Source: Octopus sinensis (Eukaryota). Taken from it: DNA of 64,000 nt. A program made the translations under genes and the position numbers. The DNA is taken from NCBI RefSeq assembly GCF_006345805.1, contig NC_042998.1:177072001-177136000 (forward strand). Reading direction: 5' to 3'. The notes beneath the pieces were generated by a model. The model was not told the DNA's origin and ran no database searches. It saw only the letters and a program-made list of their open reading frames with translations. Of the stretch, positions 52,151 through 64,000 are shown one piece after another (position 1 is the first letter of the stretch; the number at the start of each line of letters is the position of its first letter).

Positions 52151-52484
52151 ATTCAGAATTTGGTTATGACCCAGATAGGTGTACATAATCGCTAACCTTG
52201 CATGAAACGAAAACATTCGAATTTCCCTCTAATAATTTCTTACTATCTGAAAACAGAAAGGACACATTAGATAATGGTAATAATGGAATTCCTGGATGCT
52301 TCTACAAAAACATGATAGTCATGACTGTAACGCCTTTGATTATAGGTCTGCATGAACAGATTTGGCCTGGGGGTTAAATACGGCAGTAAACAAATGTGCC
52401 CAATGCACATTGGTTTAAAAGCGGTGTCTGCTGACACGTTTGCTTAAAAATACTATAAATACGGAGCACAAAATGTTCCCCACA

Positions 52485-52740
52485 AGCGAATGCAAGGTTT
52501 CATTGGCATATAGGTTCCCCACCTGGACGGGACGCTGGTCCGCTGTAGGTGAGCTGCTAGATGCAAGATTGAGGGAAGTTGTGGCGAAAGAATCAGCAGA
52601 AGTTCGCCATTACTTTCTGCCGGAGCCGCGTGGAGCTTAGGTGTTTCGCTCATAAACACACATATCGCCCGGTCTGAGATTCGAACCCGCGATCTCTCGA
52701 CCGCGAATCTGCAGCTCTAACCATTAGGCCATGTACTTCC
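52485..52740 (-). mobile_element. SINE with family C head and a different 3' tail
   Basis: Head and body match family C to acaacttccctc, then gaccagcgtcccgtccaggtggggaacc tail. Confidence 0.75.
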
Positions 52741-55049
52741 TGACAATTCAGTATTTTCTTGAATAGTGTCTGCTCTGCTTGACAGAGGTGAAATTCGTCT
52801 CTAACAAGCTCTTTTCACTCTGCGCACTAAATATCAGAGGCAACACTAATTATCACACAATGTCTGAGTCGGGTCACATCTCACATAGTATTTTACTATC
52901 AATTAGTTAATAAATACTGGTTTTGATTATCTGTCATTCTTCTAAAGTTTCTTTTTTTTTAGAATTTTAGAACATGAACATGAGTTTTTTTTTTTTTTGT
53001 AACTAACCAAACGAGCAGAAAAATTTATTGCAACATAATTTTCTAAAATCGCTATGGTTCGTAAGAAATATGGCCGATGACAAAAACATATGAAGGTATT
53101 CAGTAATCGGCAAAACAATGAAATCTTCATATCGATGTTGTGACGTCGAGATAGCTTTAAATGCTAGATTTGTGCCACAAAGACAGATTAGAGATAATTC
53201 GAAGCAAATCCATCGCGAGTAATTACGTTGTAGTTAGAACACACGCGCGCACGCTCTCTCTCCCTCTCTCACAATCACAGATAGATGGATAAATAGTTAT
53301 ACATACATACATACATACATACATACATACATACATACATACATACATACATACATAAATACACATGCAGTCACGCGCGCACACACACACATATATCGCT
53401 CGTAATTTCATCGCCTGGTAATATAATCGTGAGTGAATTTATCATTATACTTTTTATCCGCAGAGTAAATAGAACACTAAACGTTATTTTAAATGTTTAA
53501 TCAGAGATAAAAACATAATATATCATAAATTCAAGAAATTCAAAGACAAAAATATTATCTCCAAGATTCTGGAAACTTTTAGACATCTCGAAAAAATGAA
53601 AAAAATTAACAAAGGAACGAAGAAACAATCGAATTATCTAACGCCGACTCGGAAATTCTGCGTTGCAAAAAGAATTATAAAGTGCAGCGAGCATTCATAG
53701 CATCGTCATTGAATGTCAAGAAGAAAAGTTACTGAATTATTAAAGAAACATTGTTCATTTATTGTCTTTAAAGATGTTTCTTCCTTCTGCCAATTTAAGT
53801 GTATTATCATATAATTGTATTTTTTTTTATTTCTACATTTAAAAGTAACTTTGATTTTTTTTCAGGTAAATATTGAATAAATTTGATATCAATATTTTTT
53901 TTTTCTGTCTTTGAATTTCTTTTTCCTTGTGAATGAAATGCTAAATATTTTTCTGCACAAATAAAAGCTTTAATGCATAGCGATGTATTTATTCTGCAGA
54001 TAAATAGTATAACGATGGATTTACCGACGTATTTGGCATGGCAATAAATTTATGGACGATGTATTGAATCTTCATGGAAATACTTTGCGATGGATATTAT
54101 AAGTTGTAATTATCGTATTGTAATTACTCACCACGAATTTATAGTGATGAATGTATCAGACTCCATAAAGTTATTCTCTGAAGCATCGCAAAAAGATAAT
54201 TATATATTTAAGCTAAACTTGGAATGAAATTCTACAGGAAATTCTTCCAGACAATATAACAATTTTTTTATGGGTCAGTCACAGGAGGAAAGGCAGGTCT
54301 ACTTATCATTTTGCAGAGCCTCCATAACTTATGGATTTAGCTCTGCCCAGAGCAAATCTGTGAACAAACATATAACCGCCATGACCCTCTTATCTTTTTG
54401 TATATATATATTTATAAAGACGGCTGGATATTTAGTTTTTTGCGAAAATTAACAGCTACTTCCAACAGGTTAAGCGTCCATCAAAAGGACTTTTGATAAC
54501 TTGTACATTTAGCTGCTATTTCTGATAGATAACTTGACCACGTCGTAGCCCCCACTTTGGCTTCAGGAAACAGTGGTAAAACTAAAATACTGTTAACTCC
54601 TCAATGATTAGAGCAAGAATTTCTAATGTGTAATAAAGCTATTTTTTAATCATATTTTGAACTGTAAACATTGATTTTTCTCGACAGTTTTTACGTGACT
54701 GTAGCTCAGACTATTTTAATTACACAAAATAAGCCGAATTTAATCATTTAGGTTATTTACAATGTCAACAACCGATATTTTCTAATTCCAATGTTTAGAA
54801 TAATTGTGTCTAGCACGATAAACTATATTTTTTTATCTTACATAATTTGACAATGCTATTTTCAATCTTTGTACTAAAAATAACTTACTTAAAATATCTT
54901 CTTGATAGCTACCTGCTATTATCAGGACTACGAAAAAAATATGATATATTGCCCAATCCACCAACTGCGCATTTGTCCCTTTCCCGCAATAGTTTCCTTG
55001 TCTTACTTTGATTTTCGCCAATACACTTCTAGCCCACTCAGCATCCTAT

Positions 55050-55436
55050 TATTAATTTCAAATTTTGGTACAAGGCCAGCAATTTTGAGGGTAGGGGTAA
55101 GTCGATTATATCGACCCCAGTGCTCAACTGGTACTTATTTTATCAACATCGAAAGGATGAATGGCAAAGTCGACTGCAGCGGGATTTGAACTCAGAATGA
55201 AATGCCTATTTCTTTATTACCCACAAGGGGCTAAACACAGAGGGGACAAACAAGGACAGACATAGGTATTAAGTCGATTACATCGACCCCAGTGCGTAAC
55301 TGGTACTTAATTTATCGACCCCGAAAGGATGAAAGGCAAAGTCGACCTCGGCGGAATTTGAACTCACAACGTAACGCAGACGAAATACCGCTAAGCATTT
55401 CGCCCGGCGTGCTAACGTTTCTGCCAGCTTGCCACC
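55050..55436 (-). mobile_element. Two SINE family A copies (old partial 55050-55197; young 55205-55436)
   Basis: Match to 2712-2910 and 2090-2318 respectively. Confidence 0.85.
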
Positions 55437-56973
55437 TTTCCACATCCTATTATTGCTCATCAACAGATTTTTCCTCCTTCATTGTGATCATTCTGTCTTC
55501 TTATTAACTCCTTTTCTTTCTTTGAATTTTTCTCTTAACTTCACAGCTACTTACTCTTTCTTTTCCTTTTCTTTATCTTTCTTTCTGTTTCCCTGTCTTG
55601 ATCTTACTTCGTTAGTCCTAATATTTTCTTTTCATTCCATTTTTTTTTATTACGGTAGTCATTAAAGTTACACGTTCTTCAGTTTCTGTCCATCCATTCT
55701 GTTTGTAATGCGACGAAAATCCTCTTTTTCCCCTTCGCACCAGCACCTGGTGAGTCTCTTGTTTTCTTTCCAGTCAAATGACCGGAATATATACACATTT
55801 ATTGAACTCTTTTACACGTATCTCTTAGTAATTCTCTCTCTCACCCGTTTGTTGTCTTCTATGTTCTAAATCTTTATTGTTGTTTCTCACCTCAGTGATA
55901 ATTGCTATTACTCGTACAGCCAAAGAGTAGCTCCGTGGAATTAAAAAAACTTTGAACAAAAAGGCACCAAGACTACACTGATTCTAGTCGTTCTGGTTGA
56001 CGAGAGATTTTCCATGTTTAAGTGTCCTTTTCAGTTGTTTCCTTGTTTCACATTGATTTTCACTTACACACACACACAAACACCACACACACACACACAC
56101 ACACATACACACACATACACACACGTGTGAGTAAGAATTGAAAGCGGCAATCAACATGTTTATATGGAATTACGCATACATACACGTATACATATATAAA
56201 TATAAATATCTACGTCACTCTGTAGCACTCGGAGGCGCTGTAATCTCTAGCTTTGCGGAGTGGACACTTTTCAGTAGCTACAAGTCTTTTGCTTTCAGCT
56301 GCTTGGACTGCGGGTGCGATTTTGGATAAGCGTGTACCAGGAATGAACCAACCAAAATGTTGAGCCAGATACAAATTTTTTAGGCAGTTCTCGAAGCCTT
56401 TCTTTTGCTCTGAAACAGCGCTATTTCCCTGAAAAGTTCTCCTTAGAGAAAGTCATTTGTGATGCGGTATGCTAGCTTCTGACAGGCATGATCAACCTTT
56501 TCCATCTGAGCCTTCTAGCAGAATGTGCAGATGATCAGGATGTCAATTTGCTAAAATATAGAGCGTCAGGGATTTTGTCCTGCCGACACATGTATAAAAT
56601 ACTGGAGGTAACGTTTTATTGTATGTGTTTACATGCCTCACACATCTATCGACTGCAGAGAACACACAAGTTTCTTTTGCTTTAGTGACGGCTTGAAGGC
56701 AGATAGTATTAGTTATACAATTTACCATCAATACGTTACCTGAAGCATCTGCAAGTACTACCAAGAGTATCTTGTTGAAGAGTGTGGGAGCTTGGACCCA
56801 GCTTTGATGTGATTTGCATACATATGCACACACAATTCTAACTAGGTAATCATTGAAAGTCTCTTTCCTCACTTTCCTCAGACACCACACACCACACAAC
56901 ACACACACACACACACACAACACACACACACACACACAACTCTATATATTATATATATATATATATATGCGCA

Positions 56974-57378
56974 TAGGCGCAGGAGTGGCTCTGTGGTAAG
57001 TAGCTTGTTTCCAACCACATGTTCCGGGTTCATCAGTCCCACTGCGTGGCACCTTGGGCAAGTGTCTTCTACTATAGCCTCGGGCCGACCAAAGCCTTGT
57101 GAGTGGATTTGGTAGACGGAAACTGAAAGAAGCCCGTCGTATATATGTATATGTATATATGCGTGTGTGTGTTTGTGTGTCTATATTTGTCCCACTAGCA
57201 TTGCTTGACAACCAATGCTGGTGTGTTTATGTCCCCGTTACTTAGCGGTTCGGCAAAAGAGACCGATAGAATAAGTACTGGGCTTACAAAAGAATAAGTC
57301 CCGGGGTCGAGTTGCTTGATTAAAAGCGGTGCTCCAACTGCGGCCGCAGTCAAATGACTGAAACAAGTACAAAAGAAA
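56974..57378 (+). mobile_element. SINE family B
   Basis: Full-length match. Confidence 0.9.
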
Positions 57379-57393
57379 AAATATATATTGCAC

Positions 57394-57504
57394 AAGAATG
57401 TTGTTGACTGTCACTTCGAAGTTTCGACCAACTAAGTCATCGTAGGACTGCCCGACGATGGCTTAGCTAGCCCAAACTTCGAAGTCATTGTCAACAACAT
57501 TCTT
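57394..57504. repeat. 111-bp palindrome made of two inverted degenerate hammerheads
   Basis: 50-bp arms with 42/50 complementary positions and an 11-nt loop. Confidence 0.85.
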
Positions 57505-57642
57505 CTATAAGAATTATAAATTTGTACTCTACAAAATATAGAGTAGTAACCTATCAGATTCATGTAAAATTGTTTTTATTATAACTGAACATAAAAACAG
57601 ACATTATATGTAATATATATTATTATATATATATCTATATAT

Positions 57643-57684
<42 letters not shown>

Positions 57685-57749
57685 ATATATATATATGAAT
57701 GCGTGTGGTCTGCGTGTGCACAGAGAAAGAGAGAGAAAGAGTAAGTACG

Positions 57750-57828
<79 letters not shown>

Positions 57829-58386
57829 GACTGAGCAGGCTTTGAAAGGTTAATTCAATCCCAATATATAGATTTAACTCTGATACCATTATTGAGTCCT
57901 TGCATCAGTAAATATTTGTTATTTGTCACTAAGAACCCTAGCATTAATATACATGTACATGTAGCTAAATATATGTATATATGTATGTACATATGTGTAT
58001 GTATAGGTGTGTGTCTGCATGTGTGTGTATGTATGTGTTTGTGTGTATGCGTGTGTTGTTCTCTCTCTCTTTTTTTCCTCCCTCTTTCTGCCGGAGAACT
58101 CATCTTTGTCAATCAATAGCTCATTGAATATCTTTTTAAGCAGCACTTCAGTATTCTTCAGTAATATAAACCCGGCAGAAGTAGATTCTGTTTTTATCTT
58201 GCAATTCACATGAAGTGTTCTCCATTCCATCCTTGCCATCCCAGGTCCCAATCAATGTGAAACATACCTAAGTATGAACAAATACGCCTATCTACTTTTC
58301 TTTCTTTTGTCATTTCTTTCGTTTTCTTCTTTCGCTCTCCCGTTATATATTATTGTGTGTGTGTGTGTGTGTATGTATGTATGGGA

Positions 58387-58424
<38 letters not shown>

Positions 58425-58550
58425 TGTGAGAGAAAAAGAGAGAGAAAGTGAGATGGATAGTTAAATGGAAATTATGTGTCATATATTATTTATTATATAT
58501 AAATAAATATATAAAATGTGCATGTGTGTAAGATTGTATATATATATTTA

Positions 58551-58957
58551 TAGGCGCAGGAGTGGCTGTGTGGTAAGTAGCTTGCTTACCAACCACATGG
58601 TTCCGGGTTCATTCCCACTGCGTGGCACCGTGGCCAAGTGTCTTCTACTATAGCCTCGGGCTGACCAAAGCCTTGTGAGTGGATTTGGTAGACGGAAACT
58701 GGAAGAAACCCGTCGGATACATGTACGTATATGTATGTGTGTATATGTTTGTGTGTCTGTGTTTGTCCCCCCTCCCACCATTTCTTGACAACCGATGCTG
58801 GTGCGTCCCCGTAACTTAGCGGTTCAGCAAAAGACTGATAGAATAAGTACTAGACTTACAAAGAATAAGTCCTGGGTTCGATTTACTCGACCAAAGGTGA
58901 CGCTCCAGCAAGGCCGCAGTCAAATGACTGAAACAAGTAAAAGAGTAAAAGAGTAAA
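58551..58957 (+). mobile_element. SINE family B
   Basis: Full-length match. Confidence 0.9.
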
Positions 58958-59394
58958 GATTATATATATGTATATATATATATATATATATGTATATATT
59001 CGTATATATATATCTCTCGCTATATATATGTGTGCGTGTGTGTGTGTGTATGTATGTATGTATGTATGTATGTATGTATGTATGTATGTATGAATGTATG
59101 TATGTGTATCATCTGGATGATAACCTTATAACATGGATTTCAAAGCTCCTCTCCGGTTATTGGCTACCAAAATCCATCGTACAGCAAGGATGCATTATTT
59201 ATGGATATACACGCAGAAATCCATTACTGATACGCAGAATTCTAATATAAAAATAATTGCAATACGGGAAGATAGAATGAACAAGTTTTAGTTCAAATCA
59301 CAACAATTGTTCTCACCTGATGATGTGCGAGTACACAGCTACTGGTGGATCATATTTATATAATATTTATAAAAGTCGATAAATGGTACTTATA

Positions 59395-60400
59395 GTACAG
59401 AGGACTGGATGCTGCAACTTGTATGCAAATATGAAAGCAGCAAAAGTCACGTTTTATTGTCAAGGAACTTTACAAATTCGCAAGGGAACTTGGCATTAAT
59501 CCTGAAATATTTGTAGAACCTGAAACCACTGCCACCAAACATATAGAAAACTAAGCAAGTAATAGTTGTTACTAAAGCACAGAAACAATCAATTTTTGTA
59601 TTCTTTTGGTGTCAGCACAAGACATTCTGAAACGAGATGGTCTATTGTTTTGTGAAATGTGTCACAAAATCTGCATTCAGGATCAGAACCGTTTTGAAGA
59701 ACGTTAGCCTGGTAGTTTCTGGTAAGCAAGCTTTGATATTGTGCGCTAATATGAATCCTTCAGTCTCTGCTTTCAGTCCTGAACTTCTGAGCCACTGATG
59801 GGTTGTTGCTTGGTCTACACCAGCATTGAGATTTCGAAGAATATACTGTCCATGCAGGGGCTTCTGGTTCCCCACCCCTTAATATTTGCCTGCCCATTCT
59901 TTTTTGCAGTCTACTTGATCTCTTTTGTTTGGTGACAGTGGTTTCAGGTTCTCCACCTAATTAAGGGTTAATGCCAAGTTCCCTTGCGAATTTGCAAAGT
60001 TGCTTGACGATAAAATGTGACATTTTGCTGCTTTCATATTTGCATACAAGCTGCAGCATCCAGTCCTCTGTATATATAAGTACATGTTCATTGCTATTGG
60101 GGAAGCCTTATAGCACAGTTCTACCTGCATCATTCGTCTTCCCCCTTTTACTTCTAGGTAGGTATAGACGATCAACGTTTGTTTTTGGGTGGTGCATGTT
60201 CTTAGATAATAGTAGTTTTCTTGTCTTCCTCTCCAGGTGTTGGAGCTACTTAGGATTTCAGTTAATGATGTTAAAAGAGCATTGGACTATTTGAAGTGCC
60301 AGGGTGTTAATGGCTTAGATGCGATTTTCGAGTTGAGATCAGTTTTCAGTATAAGTCTTATTCTTCAATAGTACTCCTTCCTTATTTTTCCCTTCATAGT
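59395..60400 (-). mobile_element. R4/Dong-clade LINE fragment with an inverted duplicate of part of itself at 59395-59570
   Basis: KPLHGQY...HQWLRSSGLKAETEGFI on the minus strand; 59395-59570 mirrors about 59900-60075. Confidence 0.75.
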
Positions 60401-60534
60401 AGCGAGTTGTATACTATCTCTTTCTTGTTTACACGCAATACTCTCACAACAATACACACATACACACACACATTCTTTGTTTTATCTTATGCTGTCCATA
60501 ATGCTTTTCTTAATTTAAACGTTTGTGGTTAATG

Positions 60535-60557
60535 AATCATCATCATCATCATCATCA

Positions 60558-60595
<38 letters not shown>

Positions 60596-60596
60596 G
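60535..60596. repeat. (CAT)n(TAT)n tail
   Basis: Direct reading; adjacent to the LINE end. Confidence 0.9.
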
Positions 60597-61740
60597 CCTT
60601 TGCACAGCTTCTAACGCTGGAGATGTACTAGTGTCAGCTGCTCACTACCAGTCAACTAAGGTAACACCTCTTATTTTTCGAGCACCTTCTGGAGTATTCG
60701 AGGATCAGTCTCAGTCTATGCAAGCACTCCACCTTAAATTTTTCTATCATTTCTTTCTTCATCAATTTATCCATGTCTAATATATCCAAGTACTTATAGC
60801 ACGTCTCTTCCATCTGCTTCTTAACACTCCACCCCACCCGACGGTATCGTCCATGCATTTGATTTGGCCTCTCTTCAAGTCTAACACACCACACTTTCTC
60901 AGTCCGAACTCCATTATGATATCAGCACTGAAGGTAAACACCGTATCAACGAGGGAACTAACTTGGGATTTATCTTTACGATAAAGTTTGAGGTCATCCA
61001 TGAATAACAAATGTTTGACTTTTTTTGTTGTTGGTGGCTTTTGAATACACACCCAGCTTTTGCTTTCCTTGGAATCAGTGTTAGTGGTATGAAGCACAGT
61101 ACAAAGATCAGTGGGGACAGGTAGTCCCCTTGGAAGATGCTCCTCCTAATTTCTACTGTCCCTAAACTTCTTCCGTATGCTGTCAGGTCCGTCTTCCAAT
61201 TCGCCAAACTTTTTCCAAGCAATCGCTCAACATTCGATGCAATACCAAATAGGTTCATACACTCCATAATCCAAGAATGTGGGATCATATCGAACGCCTT
61301 ACGATAATCGATCCATGACATGGCTAAGTTACTTTTCCTCCTCTTGCAGTCTCTAAGTACAATTTTGTCTATCAGGAGTTGATACTTTGTACCTCTGCAC
61401 TTACGCTTGCAACTCTTCTGCTCATGTAACAGGACTCCATTTTTCCCCAGATGTTCGTACATTGACTCTGCGAGTATTCCAGTCAATAATTTCCACATAA
61501 GTGGAAAAAAAGATATCGGCCTGTAATTGTCAACCGTATTGCCTTTTTCGATTTTTTTTCAGGCACAACACTGTCCTACCCAATGTCAATCACTCTGTTG
61601 TTACTTGATCGGCATTTAACACGGTGTTGAATTGCGCAGCTAATCGTGCATGACATTCACCAAACCTTTTCATCCAGTTGTCATTCGATATGTGATAGTT
61701 TCAGGCAAATTCCTACTGCATCACCTGCTACATCTCCGTG
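60597..61740 (-). mobile_element. R4/Dong-clade LINE RT fragment, internally deleted, ending in (AAT)n
   Basis: [49 protein letters not shown]; frameshifts. Confidence 0.9.
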
Positions 61741-61799
61741 TTTTTGAGGTGTGTTCAACATTGTATGTTATTGTTTTTGTTGGCGTTTAAGGGAGTACA

Positions 61800-62085
61800 C
61801 ATTCTTCCCGGTACTTTATTGCATCAGTTTGTTGTTTTAGTGTTTGTATTGTGTATTGTTTGCATAATACGAGTTGTGTTCTTCTGCTGCATATCCGACA
61901 AGTAAAGTACATGCTGTGGAGGTTGTTTACGTTTATTGGATATTTACTGTATAGTGTGCGCATTGTGTCTGGATTATTCTATTTGCGTTATGCTACTGAA
62001 TTGATAGCCCTGCCTAAGATGTGGGTTGTTCCTAGTAGGGCTATATCTTGGATAGTGTGTTGTATTGTGAATCCAAGTATGACTT
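61800..62085 (-). mobile_element. R4-clade LINE C-terminus/3' UTR fragment
   Basis: IQDIALLGTTHILGRAINSVA* resembles RLE ORF ends. Confidence 0.55.
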
Positions 62086-62096
62086 CTACACACTTG

Positions 62097-62139
<43 letters not shown>

Positions 62140-62167
<28 letters not shown>

Positions 62168-62430
62168 ATGTGTGCATCACTAAAACTCGAGGACACCGAA
62201 CCGATTTCATTCAAATTTTACACATGCTTTATTTAGGGTCCATGCAGTGCCATGGGCCCAAAACTTTTTAACTTTTAGCCTAATCCGAGCACGAAGCAAT
62301 GTCTTATCTCTTACACTATTATAGTATCACGTATCGAAAGTGAAACAAAAGAATTTCTATTGTAATGTGAGATAATACTTTCACTATTAATACTGAAAAT
62401 TTTTAAAGTGGAACTATTATCTCACATATA
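62140..62430 (+). mobile_element. Possible Helitron-like non-autonomous fragment
   Basis: (GTCT)n followed by gaaccgatttcattcaaatttt resembles the 5' region of such elements; termini not found. Confidence 0.35.
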
Positions 62431-62478
62431 TACATGCATGTATATATATATGTATGTATATATATATATATATGTATG

Positions 62479-62514
<36 letters not shown>

Positions 62515-62657
62515 TGCATGTATATATGTGTATATACATCTGCACATGTATATGTATATAAATATATATATATATATATATGTATATAAATAGATGTATA
62601 TGTATAGATGTATATATATATTATATATAATATATATATATATAATATATATATATA

Positions 62658-62727
<70 letters not shown>

Positions 62728-63199
62728 ATATATATATATGTATATATATATGTATGCATGTATATGTATATATGTATATATAGGCATATATATATGTATG
62801 TGTGTGTATGTGTATGTGTGTGTGTATCCTAGTATATATAAACGTGTACATGTATATTCAGATATATACATACATATAAATAAATACATATATGTACAGA
62901 TATACATTATGTAGCGCGTGTGCATATATACATATACACACGGACACACACACCAACGCACAAATGCACACAGATACATACATCCGATACATACATGCAT
63001 ATATGCATATATATGTATGTATGTATGTATATATAATATATATATATATAATATATATATACACACACATACATATATTATATATATATACATGCATGTA
63101 TATATGTGTATATACATCTGCACATGTATATGTATGTATAAATATATATATATATATATATGTATATAAATAGATGTATATGTATAGATGTATATATAT

Positions 63200-63236
<37 letters not shown>

Positions 63237-63607
63237 GCATATATGTATGCATATATATGTATGTATATATATATATATGTATGTATATATATATGTATGT
63301 ATATATATATATATGTATATATATGTATGCATGTATATGTATATATGTATATATAGGCATATATATATGTATGTGTGTGTATGTGTATGTGTGTGTGTAT
63401 CCTAGTATATATAAACGTGTACATGTATATTCAGATATATACATACATATAAATAAATACATATATGTACAGATATACATTATGTATGCGCGTGTGCATA
63501 TATACATATACACACGGACACACACACCAACGCACAAATGCACACAGATACATACATCCCGATACATACATGCATATATGCATATATATGTATGTATGTA
63601 TGTATAT

Positions 63608-63673
<66 letters not shown>

Positions 63674-63690
63674 ATATATATATATATAGT
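62430..63690. repeat. Microsatellite-rich block containing a tandem duplication of a ~575-bp unit
   Basis: catctgcacatg at 62537 and 63115; cctagtatat at 62828 and 63401. Confidence 0.9.
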
Positions 63691-63859
63691 AAGAAGGGAG
63701 AGAGAGAGAGAGAGAGGGGGGGAGAGAAAGGAATGGAAATAGAGAAAAAGGTTTGTGAGATAGAATTTCTGTGCGTGTTTCTGTGTGAGTGTAATGCTTA
63801 GCAATGTGATTGGATTTTGTAGTGATAATTATTTGTAATTATAATTGGATGAACTTTTA

Positions 63860-63869
63860 TCATTTGTTG

Positions 63870-63908
<39 letters not shown>

Positions 63909-64000
63909 TATTATTATTATCATTATCTTCATTATCACTACTATTATTATTATCATCACCACCACCACCACCACACCACCATCATCATCATCATCATCAT
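63860..64000. repeat. (TTA)n/(CAC)n/(CAT)n tract
   Basis: Direct reading. Confidence 0.9.

Noticed and set aside
56520-56620. SGILSCRHMYKIL resembling a SWIM zinc finger (MULE)
   Set aside because: Upstream cysteines are missing and there are no TIRs; too weak to call.

Overview
Eukaryotic, AT-rich, microsatellite-dense DNA. I infer a coleoid cephalopod (octopus-like) genome from the SINE families and simple-repeat load; this is recognition, not a database result. No host protein-coding gene is supported, and almost all long ORFs in the track are microsatellite artefacts. The window is largely transposon relics: several tRNA-derived SINE families, mariner elements, a six-copy non-autonomous Helitron cluster, Penelope-like (GIY-YIG) fragments, and R4/Dong- and HERO-like RLE LINE fragments. 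The main signal is a non-coding ~534-bp tandem array at 28430-31210, flanked by (TA)n. It has 4.3 units plus one inverted partial unit, and each complete unit and the inverted unit carries a type I hammerhead ribozyme with an intact core (CUGACGA...GAAA, GUC cleavage site, palindromic stem III, unusually long stem II). This is the architecture of retrozyme/Penelope pLTR arrays, which can self-process into monomeric or circular RNAs. A second long-stem-II hammerhead family (33133-33490) and several degenerate hammerheads at Penelope ends or in foldbacks support a hammerhead-bearing retroelement system. Also notable are a 1.25-kb inverted duplication that splits one mariner into two oppositely oriented halves, and many foldback hairpins. 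Ribozyme activity, expression and novelty are untested.
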